The notes beneath the pieces were generated by a model, which saw only the letters and a program-made list of their open reading frames with translations, ran no database searches and was not told the DNA's origin. DNA of 55,254 bases, from assembly GCA_964640375.1 (NCBI GenBank), contig CAZXGU010000001.1, positions 1 through 55,254 on the forward strand. Reading direction: 5' to 3'. This document shows, one piece after another, positions 18,301 through 26,992 of the stretch. The position numbers and the translations under genes are program-made. The DNA comes from an uncultured Sangeribacter sp. Its GTDB lineage: Bacteria; Bacteroidota; Bacteroidia; Bacteroidales; Muribaculaceae. The number at the start of each line of letters is the position of its first letter. Positions within the stretch are counted from its first letter, which is position 1.

Positions 18301-21240
18301 GTTCGCGGTCGCGACCTCACCCTCAAGATTGTTCCCAACTCGGCAGCATATCGCGTGGATCTTGCAGTGAATGGAGTGACTGTTCTTCAGAACCAGCCCA
18401 CAGTAAACTATCCCTTCGTAGCAATGGAGGATATGAACTTCGATGTTAAGGTTTATGATCCTAAAGCAGAAGGCAGTGTAACCTTCAATGTTCAACCTGG
18501 AGAATTATACAAGGCCGTAACGGCAGAGTCTGTAGCAGCTCACGTAATTGTTACAGGGGAAGTTTATAGCCAGGATTTGTCGAATGCTTTCCGCCAGCCT
18601 TTTGCAGCTCGAACAATCAAGAAACTTGACCTTTCAGGAGTTAAGATTGTTGCAAATGTATTAACACCGACATTAGACACTGATAAGTATGCCGACTTTA
18701 TCCCCTCCAACCTCATTTATAATCCCAGTGCAACTTCTTCTGTAATGCCAATAGTAGAGGAGATAATTCTTCCCAACTCCGTTACAAGAATTGCAGATGG
18801 TGCTTTCCAGAATTGTGCAAACCTTAAGGAAATCACTCTTCCATTAAGTCTTGGCACTGATAAAGTTGAAGTTGGAAGATATGCATCAGGTTCCATTAAA
18901 TATGGTTATCCATTAGGAGCCCAGGTATTTAAAGGATGTTCCTCATTAACCACGATATATATCCCCGGAACTCCTTCCACAGTCGGTGGACGCCTTGTAG
19001 TCAGTCATTTCAATCCAGCAGCCTCTGCAAGTCCTGCCATCTACATGGATCCTGATTTATCTTCCTACGATCTTGGTTTTAGAAATCCAGAAACCAATAA
19101 GCCTGACGGTTCAAAAGTAACTGTAGTTGTTCCCCAGGAATATCTAACAGTATATCAGACTGCCTACGCTAACACTAATAATGGTAACCCTTGGAAAGCT
19201 CATGGCTACAACATCCTCTCCGAGAATCCAGTATATGGTGTAGAATTCGATCCTACACACGTAAAGGTTGCTGAAGGCACAGACGTTACAGCAATGGCTT
19301 CATTCCTCGGCGACAATGTTTCTCTCGAAACTATCTCCACTGAAGGAAAGCTGATGCTCACCAATCCCCAGGCAAACTGCAAGGTCTATGACAACGATGA
19401 AGAAATCCAGCTCGCAGCCGACGGTTCAATCCCCGTTATCTTCCACAACCCTGCGAAGAATGCTGCCAAGGCCGGTAACCATGAGATTAAGGTGGTTTAT
19501 ACCTACGATGTAAACTTCGCCTCCACTTCTCCTATCTTCAAAGTTTCTGCTGAAGAGATTCCAGGAGCAACATTCACCAGCAGTGACGACCATAATCATT
19601 CACTCAAAGGTGTGGCTGAAAACTCCGAAGTGAGATTCAAAGTGGAAATGGCCACTGAGCTTAGCGAAGGTCTTGAGGCACGCGTAATGTCGGGCAACGA
19701 AGAACTCGCAGCAGATGCCAACGGTTTCTACACCATCTCAATCGCGAATGCAAGCAAGAGCATCGACATCTTCGCAGTTCCCGGTGAAGGCGCAACTCTC
19801 AACTCCGATGATCTCGCTGCAATCAAGCCCGAAGAGGCTCAGGCCGTGACTTCAATCTCTCTCGACGGCGAAATGACCTCCGACGATCTCAGCAACGTTA
19901 AGGATTACTTCCCCAACCTTGAGTCGCTCGACCTTTCCACTCTCAAAGGTGATCTTCCTGAAGGTGCTTTCGCCGGAATGGAAAACCTCACCACAGTGGT
20001 TCTTCCTGAAGAAGTTTCAGAGGTTAGTGCAAATATGTTCAGCGGATGTGGCTCGCTCCAGAGCGTTGATATCCCTGCCACAGTAAGCTCAATCGGTGAA
20101 GGAGCATTCAAAGACTGCACATCGCTCGAAAAGATCACTCTTACAGGCGTATCATCAATTGGTGACGGAGCCTTCGAAGGATGCGATAACCTGACCACCA
20201 TCACTCTCCTGGCCTCCTCGGCAGATCCTAAGAGCGAAGCTCGCCGCAAGGTTCAGAGAAAAGCCGGTGCTCTCAGTTCAAAGGCATTCAACGGTGTGAA
20301 CCCCAACTGTATCATCGTTCTCGATCAGGGTGTTGAGATGCCCTCAGCAGCAGCCAACTATCTTCTCACTTCAACTGGAAATGTGACCGAAGTTGGTCTC
20401 GACGGAACAGAAACCACTCGCGAAGGTCGTGTTTACAGCGCAAGCAGCGACATCAACTTCATCCAAGGATATCCATTGGCAATTCCTCACTCCTTCACTC
20501 TCACCGACGGAGCAGTGGTATCTCTTGAAGCTGAAACCAACGATTGGACTGCAACTGTGGTGCCCTTCGATGTTGAAACTATCACCGATGCAGCGAACAA
20601 TGACATGGCAGTTACTCTCGCAGAAGATGGAGCAGAATATGCAGATGGAAATCTCATCTACACCCTTCCTGAAGGTGGCGAGTCTCTCCAGAGTGTAGAA
20701 ACGATGAAGGCTAATGTGCCCTACATCATCCGCACTGTAAACAATGGCAAGACTATCTTTGCAGCCTCCGATATCACAGTGCCCGCCACTCCTTCTGAGA
20801 TCCGCGTTGACGGTAAAGACTTCTCCCTCAATGCCACTCTCGCAGCTCGCACTCTCCCCGCAGAGGATACTTACCTTCTCGACCACTCAGCTTCAGCTTT
20901 CGTTCCTGCAGAGGCCGACGAGGATAGCGAAAATGTGGAAGTTGCTCCCTTTACAATCTATGCAACTTCACCAGCTAAGGTTAGCGAAATTATAACCAAT
21001 CTCCCTGGCACAACCTACATACCCACAGGTATCAACAACACTGAGATGGTTGTTTCAGAATTCAAAGTGGTGAAGGAAGGAAACGCATTGGTGGTTTATT
21101 CTCCTGAGAATCGCTCAGAGACTATCTTTAAAGCTGATGGCAGCGCAGTTCGCACAATCAACTTCAAAGCCGGACGCAACGTAGTGAATCTCCCCTCAGC
21201 AGGAATCTACATCATTGCTAACACTAAGGTGATTCTCTAA
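15322..21240 (+). CDS. C10 (streptopain/SpeB-like) cysteine protease with propeptide, three BspA-type LRR blocks and T9SS C-terminus
   Basis: Prodomain YYVFN..GFVMVSG..VLGYS; WSQEGPFN, GCVGTAMA (Cys), GHAFVCDGY (His), HFNWGWGG; LRR_5 repeats; terminal GIYIIANTKVIL. Confidence 0.92.
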   Translation: MTRHFSWIAISSVILGSSIYSFSEKVTLNEAQSLATEFVKAKTGNQNAEVSLKPVFTAGTESNPLYYVFNLANNSGFVMVSGENTTSPVLGYSFEGAYPVKNMPDGMKWMLSGIEREIKNAPSVSSTMAVSDLRKVARKSAEKADKKELNTPSWSQEGPFNAMIPGQPLVGCVGTAMATIMKYYNYPAAGTGSFDGVDFATSYDWDNMRMDNYRSGYSQTEADAVATLMYHASKSIATQYAMSGSSAYEVRVPGALSTYFGYDPGVSYKKRSEVASQQAWDKLVKDEIDAGRPVLYCGQDVTAGHAFVCDGYDGEFLHFNWGWGGSANGYFRSTALNPTVSRQHFYNNLNTIIYNIKPSSGTMTAWSPIHITADGNQVGMGANFTSLASGETFSVRVGNLKNVTHDDFAGKIAVALCDANGRMKALLNSPSNFTMQSMGYLFDGYMTFSNCKLTAGTSVADSDRVRIVTQANGQTEWLPVAGELLTINELNPSGSSAKMFNVNFPSGLAGVTVEGSANVIPGWDYTFKVVPGNPVEDVVTVKANGVTLIASGNSYSIKNVREDQNISILVQKAADVKEKRSIWVGTPGTLSSIIPESETGTIKDLTLFGTIDARDFTFMRNSMNLTRLDISGVNITANGNDQANAIPREAFRGKGALKEVVLPSSVNRLNNGCFRQCGITSISIPGNVNKYEYNIFVGCTALRDIYVGRTNAEFINWCVLSGVKTDLVTLHVPNQAAVNNYSKAENWNTISNIIVDSPVASNNVLFAVQENNEVKFETASETGSLQKGSVVSFKASHIADNDNKMEVYANNTRLVPNAEGLYNVTLANNTIIHFELTSPMAVDSQKSTWTLTAKNGSIGMFSDAVNVIPRQEFTIRLNALNIPAGYDQAYWGAALTDAAGNIKEFISPVNVWSAGPGDSHKLNVVCKVNDSNVREGNQIRIVTSFNKKNWNVVKGANAEIVDALPALNNMTPVYNINVPSVDNASVSGVTSTAVRGRDLTLKIVPNSAAYRVDLAVNGVTVLQNQPTVNYPFVAMEDMNFDVKVYDPKAEGSVTFNVQPGELYKAVTAESVAAHVIVTGEVYSQDLSNAFRQPFAARTIKKLDLSGVKIVANVLTPTLDTDKYADFIPSNLIYNPSATSSVMPIVEEIILPNSVTRIADGAFQNCANLKEITLPLSLGTDKVEVGRYASGSIKYGYPLGAQVFKGCSSLTTIYIPGTPSTVGGRLVVSHFNPAASASPAIYMDPDLSSYDLGFRNPETNKPDGSKVTVVVPQEYLTVYQTAYANTNNGNPWKAHGYNILSENPVYGVEFDPTHVKVAEGTDVTAMASFLGDNVSLETISTEGKLMLTNPQANCKVYDNDEEIQLAADGSIPVIFHNPAKNAAKAGNHEIKVVYTYDVNFASTSPIFKVSAEEIPGATFTSSDDHNHSLKGVAENSEVRFKVEMATELSEGLEARVMSGNEELAADANGFYTISIANASKSIDIFAVPGEGATLNSDDLAAIKPEEAQAVTSISLDGEMTSDDLSNVKDYFPNLESLDLSTLKGDLPEGAFAGMENLTTVVLPEEVSEVSANMFSGCGSLQSVDIPATVSSIGEGAFKDCTSLEKITLTGVSSIGDGAFEGCDNLTTITLLASSADPKSEARRKVQRKAGALSSKAFNGVNPNCIIVLDQGVEMPSAAANYLLTSTGNVTEVGLDGTETTREGRVYSASSDINFIQGYPLAIPHSFTLTDGAVVSLEAETNDWTATVVPFDVETITDAANNDMAVTLAEDGAEYADGNLIYTLPEGGESLQSVETMKANVPYIIRTVNNGKTIFAASDITVPATPSEIRVDGKDFSLNATLAARTLPAEDTYLLDHSASAFVPAEADEDSENVEVAPFTIYATSPAKVSEIITNLPGTTYIPTGINNTEMVVSEFKVVKEGNALVVYSPENRSETIFKADGSAVRTINFKAGRNVVNLPSAGIYIIANTKVIL

Positions 21241-21301
21241 TCGAGAAATTGAAATATGAAAATCGCGAAGCCTTGAAATAAGCAGCGCGAAAGCAATTAA
21301 A

Positions 21302-21335
21302 GAAGAGGAGATCGATAAAGTTCGGTCTCCTCTTC
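21302..21335. terminator. Hairpin between convergent genes, probable terminator
   Basis: gaagaggagatcga / tcggtctcctcttc stem. Confidence 0.7.
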
Positions 21336-21400
21336 CTCTCTAATGTAATGAAAAAAATTATGAATATGTCCTTTCTTCTCTGCAATAACAAAGGGTATGC

Positions 21401-22702
21401 CTACAAAATAACTTTCTTTGTTTTACCATTCATTTTCACGATGAAAACACCCGCAGAAGGATTCTTCACCTCGCGTCCGTTGAGATCGAAATAAACCGGG
21501 CAGCTATCTATCTCATCGGAGCTTTCCACTTTCTCTATTCCTGAGGGACGGTTAACGGTTGTGGTGTATTGGAGCAGATTCTTTTTATCCACAAAATATC
21601 GGATGCCAACGCTGTTCTCCGTGATATGATATCCCGGGCTTACTAAGGGAATGGAATTTCCGGTTGAAGGTTCAAAGAGAGTGATAAAAGAAATTCCATC
21701 TATTTTATCGACCGCTGTGAAATAATCAGGAGTGGAAGTCTCCTTTATCTCCACAACATCAGAAAGCGGTTGGATTAAAGCCTGGGAAGCGAGAGATTCC
21801 GGTTTATTAGTTTCACTTCCTGTGGCTATATAATTTTTAATATCGGCTGTTAATTCCTCCTTGCAATAGATCTCTTTCAGGGCTTTGTTGCGTAAAAGTT
21901 TGGATGAATCGCAAAAATCCATGAAGTTAGAGTTGAGGATGAATACACGTTCCAATGCCAAACCTGAAAAGACATCAGTGCCCATCTCGACTACGCTTTC
22001 TGGAATAACAATCTCCTTCAGGCCCGGTAAGAAAGCAAAAGCCATGTTGCCAATTGAAGTCAAGTCGGGGCCAAGGGTTATCTGAGTGAAGGGACCAGCG
22101 TTGCAAAATGCCACATTTCCTATCTGACGTAGTTTCTCACCTCCAGTGAACTCTGCAAGCTCGCTACATTCGTAAAAAGCTCCGGCATAGATATATTGGA
22201 TTTCCGGCATATTCACTTTCTTTATTCCCGAATAATCGAAAGCGTAATCAACAACAGTTTTACATTTCGGGAGATTGATTTCTGCAAGCGAACGGGTTTT
22301 GTAGAAAGCGTATGACCCTACAAGCTCCACGCTTCCCGGCTTTGCCTCTGTAAAGGTCTTAAGCTTGGTGCATCCTTGGAAAGAATAGCTTGGAATAGTG
22401 GTGATTGAGCCGTTGACAGTAACGGAAGTAAGGTCCGTGCAATCCTGAAAACCACGTTGCTTTATAGCCATGGGTTCGTAAACAGTTCCATCTACAGTGT
22501 AAGAGTCAGCAATGTTTAGAGCCCCGGTGGGTAAAGCATCTGGATTGGCATAGACTGTTACGAAAGCGTGGTTGTTAACCACAGCAAACACCTCTCCGAG
22601 CATATTGTCGGTAAGATTCACCACATCGCCGTTGGCAACCTGTGCTGTTGAGGGAAGTGCTGACAAAGCTGCAGCAACGAATAGCAGTAAGTTTTTCTTC
22701 AT
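21401..22702 (-). CDS. BspA-like LRR_5 surface protein, T9SS cargo
   Basis: Signal peptide MKKNLLLFVAAAL; I...AF..C..L..I.IP repeats; C-terminal YFDLNGREV...GVFIVK..KKVIL. Confidence 0.88.
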   Translation of the reverse strand: MKKNLLLFVAAALSALPSTAQVANGDVVNLTDNMLGEVFAVVNNHAFVTVYANPDALPTGALNIADSYTVDGTVYEPMAIKQRGFQDCTDLTSVTVNGSITTIPSYSFQGCTKLKTFTEAKPGSVELVGSYAFYKTRSLAEINLPKCKTVVDYAFDYSGIKKVNMPEIQYIYAGAFYECSELAEFTGGEKLRQIGNVAFCNAGPFTQITLGPDLTSIGNMAFAFLPGLKEIVIPESVVEMGTDVFSGLALERVFILNSNFMDFCDSSKLLRNKALKEIYCKEELTADIKNYIATGSETNKPESLASQALIQPLSDVVEIKETSTPDYFTAVDKIDGISFITLFEPSTGNSIPLVSPGYHITENSVGIRYFVDKKNLLQYTTTVNRPSGIEKVESSDEIDSCPVYFDLNGREVKNPSAGVFIVKMNGKTKKVIL

Positions 22703-22730
22703 AATCAATTAAGTTATATTATTTTCAATA

Positions 22731-24920
22731 TTATAGTTTAATTTTCAGAGTCTCGGAGTTATTACATGAATCCATATATTTAAGGATTACCACCCCTTCA
22801 GTTAAAGATGAAAGATCAACAGTAGCTCCTGTGCCACTCATCAGAACCCGTCCATCTGTGGAAAAAATTTGGTAATTTGCTAAGGCAGTAAAATAGATGT
22901 TGCGGCCCTCCATTCTTATCTTGGTTTCATGTTCAGTTAAACCAATACCAGTCTGTGTCCAATGATTCTCTGTATAATCAGTGAGGAAATAATTTCCATC
23001 CACCTGATAAGAGAGACGCACCTTTGTTATATTTCCTATGCCGACGGGGGAATCCATAACTCCATCCGCACCGGCATAAACAGTATAGTCTCCGTTAAAA
23101 ATTGCTTTAAAATCAGTAAGTTTCGGAAAACCCTCGATACCTTCTCCCGAACGCGGTGTCACCTTCACACGCATAGTGTTTTGGGAAGTTTTGGTGAAGG
23201 AGATATCGAACATTTCATATACATTATTCCCTTTTTCTGTAGCCAAAGAATAATTATGAGATGTGCCTCCAGGAATAAAATAAGTGGCATCGGGAACCAC
23301 ATAGCTAATGTAGTCAGGCCAGGAAGGGGAGGCCAAGATATATGCGTCGAGATAAATGAGCGGAGCCACAGTTGCTCCATTCCCGGCCGCAAACATATTT
23401 CCTATCGGGAGATTGTTATATAGGGTGGCATATCCATAGTTCTTTGTAGTGGTTGCATACACTTTAGGTGTGAAGTGTTGTTGTCCATTGAACGAAGAAT
23501 ACACGAATTGTGGACTGACCGTTGTGCTGCAAGTGGAAATATAAATTGTATCAATAACGCAGGAATAACCAAAGGCTGGTGGAGTGGGGCGGTCGGAAGT
23601 GTTATAATGCCAGAAGCCGGCATAATCTCCAAACTTCACTTTTTTAAGTTTCATGCAATTGGCCGCATAACCCGGACCGATGGCCAAATCGGCATCCACA
23701 TATTCCATAATCAGACGTGAAAAATCAATTTCAGTGAGATTTCTGCAATAGGCGAATAGGTATTCCCCGGCGAATTGATCTGTGATGACAGATTCTTCAA
23801 ACACCACTTTCTCCAACCCTGTATTATAGAATGAAGAATCTTCACTTAAAACCGTTTCCCCCCGGAAAGGGAAATTCTTTAGTTCACGGCAATTCTTAAA
23901 AGCAGATTCTCCAACCTTCACTATCGGGTTAGGCGATTCCACCGTAGTTAATTTGGGACAATTCTCTGCAAACCTGTCAGAGATCATTGGAAGACGGCTC
24001 TCAAATTTTATCTTTTCGATATCCTGACATTGTGCCACCATTCTTTTTCCATAGTTAACCACATTTGCAGGAAGAGTAAGCGAACGAATACCGGAGAGAG
24101 CAAAAGCATTATCACCGATTTTTTCCACAGATGAAGGAAGGGTGATATCTGTGAGTTTTGCTACATTGTAAAATGCGTAAGGGGAGATTTCAGTAACGCC
24201 GTCGGGAATACGAATATAATCGCTTGAGCTTTGGGGAGGCACGCCGACCACTCTCTTTTTATAAGTCAACATTCCATTTGTGAGCGAAAGATAATTATCT
24301 GAAGCGTTCAATAGCTGGAATTTACCGAGGTAATCCATTCTGTTGAATCCTCCATTATCAAAAACTTCGACATCTTTGCATAAAGCCACACTGCCGATAG
24401 TGGTATTGCCGGCAAAGGCATCTCTGCTTATATATTTACATTCTTCCGGCACTTGAAAGAGGCCAGTGATTGTGACATAGCTGGATGGAACATTAAGCAG
24501 AGTCTTTAGATTTTTAAGATAAAGAACTCCGTCGGAGGTTGCGGAAAGTATCGGCGAGCCATCTTCCACTTTAAAGAGTCTTAGTCGTGGACAATTATTA
24601 AAATTCTTCGTAGCATTGCTGACTGTATAGGTATCCTTGACCATTCCAAGCTGTAGATAGCCGGCCGGAATAGTTATCTCAGTCACTTCAGTTAGATTGT
24701 CGAGGGCATGTTCCTCAACTGCAGTGATAGTATAGGTCACCCCATCGGTATGGGTGAATGTTGTCGGAAGTTTAAGCTTTGTTGATGTTGGCTGACTTCC
24801 ACTCCATCCAATCAGACGGCATGTCTTTTTGGAGGTGTTGAATTTGTCGCATTTATATATCATGGCTGATGCGTTAAAAGCAAAAGCCGCGACTGCGACC
24901 AGTGATAAGACTTTCCTCAT
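22731..24920 (-). CDS. BspA-like LRR_5 surface protein, T9SS cargo
   Basis: Signal peptide; IPDGVTEISPYAF / LPSSVEKIGDNAF repeats; C-terminal IFSTDGRVL...LKIKL. Confidence 0.88.
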   Translation of the reverse strand: MRKVLSLVAVAAFAFNASAMIYKCDKFNTSKKTCRLIGWSGSQPTSTKLKLPTTFTHTDGVTYTITAVEEHALDNLTEVTEITIPAGYLQLGMVKDTYTVSNATKNFNNCPRLRLFKVEDGSPILSATSDGVLYLKNLKTLLNVPSSYVTITGLFQVPEECKYISRDAFAGNTTIGSVALCKDVEVFDNGGFNRMDYLGKFQLLNASDNYLSLTNGMLTYKKRVVGVPPQSSSDYIRIPDGVTEISPYAFYNVAKLTDITLPSSVEKIGDNAFALSGIRSLTLPANVVNYGKRMVAQCQDIEKIKFESRLPMISDRFAENCPKLTTVESPNPIVKVGESAFKNCRELKNFPFRGETVLSEDSSFYNTGLEKVVFEESVITDQFAGEYLFAYCRNLTEIDFSRLIMEYVDADLAIGPGYAANCMKLKKVKFGDYAGFWHYNTSDRPTPPAFGYSCVIDTIYISTCSTTVSPQFVYSSFNGQQHFTPKVYATTTKNYGYATLYNNLPIGNMFAAGNGATVAPLIYLDAYILASPSWPDYISYVVPDATYFIPGGTSHNYSLATEKGNNVYEMFDISFTKTSQNTMRVKVTPRSGEGIEGFPKLTDFKAIFNGDYTVYAGADGVMDSPVGIGNITKVRLSYQVDGNYFLTDYTENHWTQTGIGLTEHETKIRMEGRNIYFTALANYQIFSTDGRVLMSGTGATVDLSSLTEGVVILKYMDSCNNSETLKIKL

Positions 24921-24995
24921 GATGATATGGAAAATTATAGAAATAGAATTTATTTAGTAAGCGAATATAGTCTATGATGCAAAAAAACAACGATG

Positions 24996-25139
24996 CAAAG
25001 TTAGAGTAAAGAAACGGGATGCAAAAATTTGTTAGGTCGGTTATTGCCGCAATAGACTCTTAATAGCCCTAAATTCGTAGGGTTTAACGGTGAAAGTCTA
25101 TTTGAGTCTATTATAAATACGGTCTATTATAAGTCTATT
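24996..25139 (-). promoter_or_regulatory. Promoter of the LRR operon with AATAGAC/GTCTATT repeat array
   Basis: Minus-strand TAACTTTG (24996-25003) and TTTG (25022-25025); gtctatt at 25096, 25106, 25122 and 25133, with inverted aatagac at 25051. Confidence 0.65.
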
Positions 25140-25209
25140 TTCGTGTTTTCATCGGGGTTTACGGTTAATTCGTCTTGTAAATGAATAGGATTGTTTCTAA
25201 TTTTGAAAC

Positions 25210-26904
25210 ATGAAACAACAAAGTCAGCTACAACAATTATTCTTAACCGGGGTTCTATTCCTTACTTTAGGATTTGGGTGGATGTTGTTCGGATGTTCTC
25301 ATGAATCCGACAGTTTCCCCTTTAGATGGCGCAAAATAAATTCAAAGGCCGATACACTCACACAACATCTTGACCGGATGTTTTACACTCATGCGCCCCA
25401 AAATCAGATAAAGCTTAGGCTCGACTCATTAGAGGTGATAAATAAGAAAACCGGAGGCAATGAAGAATTGAGCAATAGAATTGATTTTTTTAAACTCCTT
25501 TTCCTATCTTCTACCGGAGAGGAGGAAAAGTTTGAGAAGGGAGTGGAGGATATGCTTGCAAAAGTTGATTCAGCTTCCAATCCTTACTTATATAACCGTC
25601 TTCTCAACATTGTGCCCGACTCCGAGAGAAGAGATGTTGACAAATACGAGAGAATAAATGGGCTGGTGGAATATTTCCGTGATAAAGGAGATCCGCTTCT
25701 CACTGCTTCTTGCCTTGTTGACTTAGGGAATCTTCTAAAAAATGTAAGGGATCCGGCGAGTGCCATTTCTGTTTATGAAGAGGCCGACTCCCTTTTTAGA
25801 GCCTACGGGATGGATAAGCTTGCTTCATTCAACCGCATGAATATTGCCACAGCCTCCATCATTCTCCGAGACACCGTCAAGGGAGTTGCAATTCTCGAAG
25901 AGATGCGTAAGGATCCGGTCATAATGGCCGATTCAGGGATGTATGCCGATGTGCTACATAATCTCTATATCGACGGACGAGTTCGGGATGCTCTTGACTC
26001 ATTATATTCTATAAAAGGGGAGAATAGCGAGTCGTTAATTGAAACCTTTATGTCGAATGCACTGCTCAACGATGGTGATGTAGCTGGAGCCGTGAAACAT
26101 GCCCAACTTGCCATTGATAAGGCATTGGAAGATGAAAGCGCCAACGATTATGCAGTGGCTTTGTATGCTCATGCAGATGCTGTCTCGGCTTCTGGCGATA
26201 CGGTGAAGGCTTACCGCTCGCTTATTGAAGCTGTCGAACTGACCGATGAGATCAGCAACGCCAATGAGCCGGAAGCTATAAAAGATGTGGAAACAGATAG
26301 GATTCTTTCAATGCGCAGATTGGAAGCTGAATTGGCCAAGAGCCGTTGGCAATTGAGATTGGTCTGCATCGGATTCGGATTCTTAATTGTCTTAACCCTT
26401 TCGGCATGGCTTATCAGAAAGAGAATTAAGAAGTTGCATCAGCGCAGCGAACAGATGAGCAAAGAAAAGGATAAGATTGCGAGAAAATTGGTAGCGACTC
26501 AGATAGCTATGGACGAAACCGACAGGGTTCTTGATTCCGTGGGAAAGGCGGTGGTGGATCTAAATGAAGGTAATGGCTCTTCCGATTGTTCGCGAGAGAT
26601 TGCTAATGCCATTCATACTCATAAGGTGAGAAGCACAGAGCGAGAAACATTCATAGACTCCTTCTCCAGTGTGAATCCGGACTTTGCCCGCAGATTGAAA
26701 GAGAAAAATTCTGCAATCACAGAACTTGATGTCAGGCTTGCGTCTTATATTGTCACGGGAATGGATAACAAGATGATAGCATCGACAATGCGTATTCGCC
26801 CAGAGTCGGTGAAACAAGCGCGATGGCGGCTACGTTCAAAACTCTCGTTGGCAAAGGGGGCTTCATTAGAGGAAGCTCTGAGAGAGCTTAATCAAAAGGA
26901 ATAG
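25210..26904 (+). CDS. Membrane TPR-sensor LuxR-type HTH regulator
   Basis: N-terminal TM/lipobox-like segment, TPR-like helices, TM, coiled coil, then ITELDVRLASYI..GMDNKMIASTMRIRPESVKQARWRLRSKL. Confidence 0.88.
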   Translation: MKQQSQLQQLFLTGVLFLTLGFGWMLFGCSHESDSFPFRWRKINSKADTLTQHLDRMFYTHAPQNQIKLRLDSLEVINKKTGGNEELSNRIDFFKLLFLSSTGEEEKFEKGVEDMLAKVDSASNPYLYNRLLNIVPDSERRDVDKYERINGLVEYFRDKGDPLLTASCLVDLGNLLKNVRDPASAISVYEEADSLFRAYGMDKLASFNRMNIATASIILRDTVKGVAILEEMRKDPVIMADSGMYADVLHNLYIDGRVRDALDSLYSIKGENSESLIETFMSNALLNDGDVAGAVKHAQLAIDKALEDESANDYAVALYAHADAVSASGDTVKAYRSLIEAVELTDEISNANEPEAIKDVETDRILSMRRLEAELAKSRWQLRLVCIGFGFLIVLTLSAWLIRKRIKKLHQRSEQMSKEKDKIARKLVATQIAMDETDRVLDSVGKAVVDLNEGNGSSDCSREIANAIHTHKVRSTERETFIDSFSSVNPDFARRLKEKNSAITELDVRLASYIVTGMDNKMIASTMRIRPESVKQARWRLRSKLSLAKGASLEEALRELNQKE

Positions 26905-26937
26905 TTTTCTAAAGTAAAATATTCTAAAGTAAAGAAG

Positions 26938-26971
26938 AAAGGGTGTCGCTATCAAGACGACACCCTTTTTT
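26938..26971. terminator. Bidirectional intrinsic terminator
   Basis: aaagggtgtcg / cgacacccttt stem with A-run and T-run between convergent genes. Confidence 0.85.
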
Positions 26972-26992
26972 CTGAGGTAACAATTTATTTGA

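Noticed and set aside
25051-25139. CRISPR-like or iteron interpretation of the GTCTATT array (and the GTACAAA array at 6344-6407)
   Set aside because: Units are only 7-9 bp with irregular short spacing, and there are no cas or rep genes.
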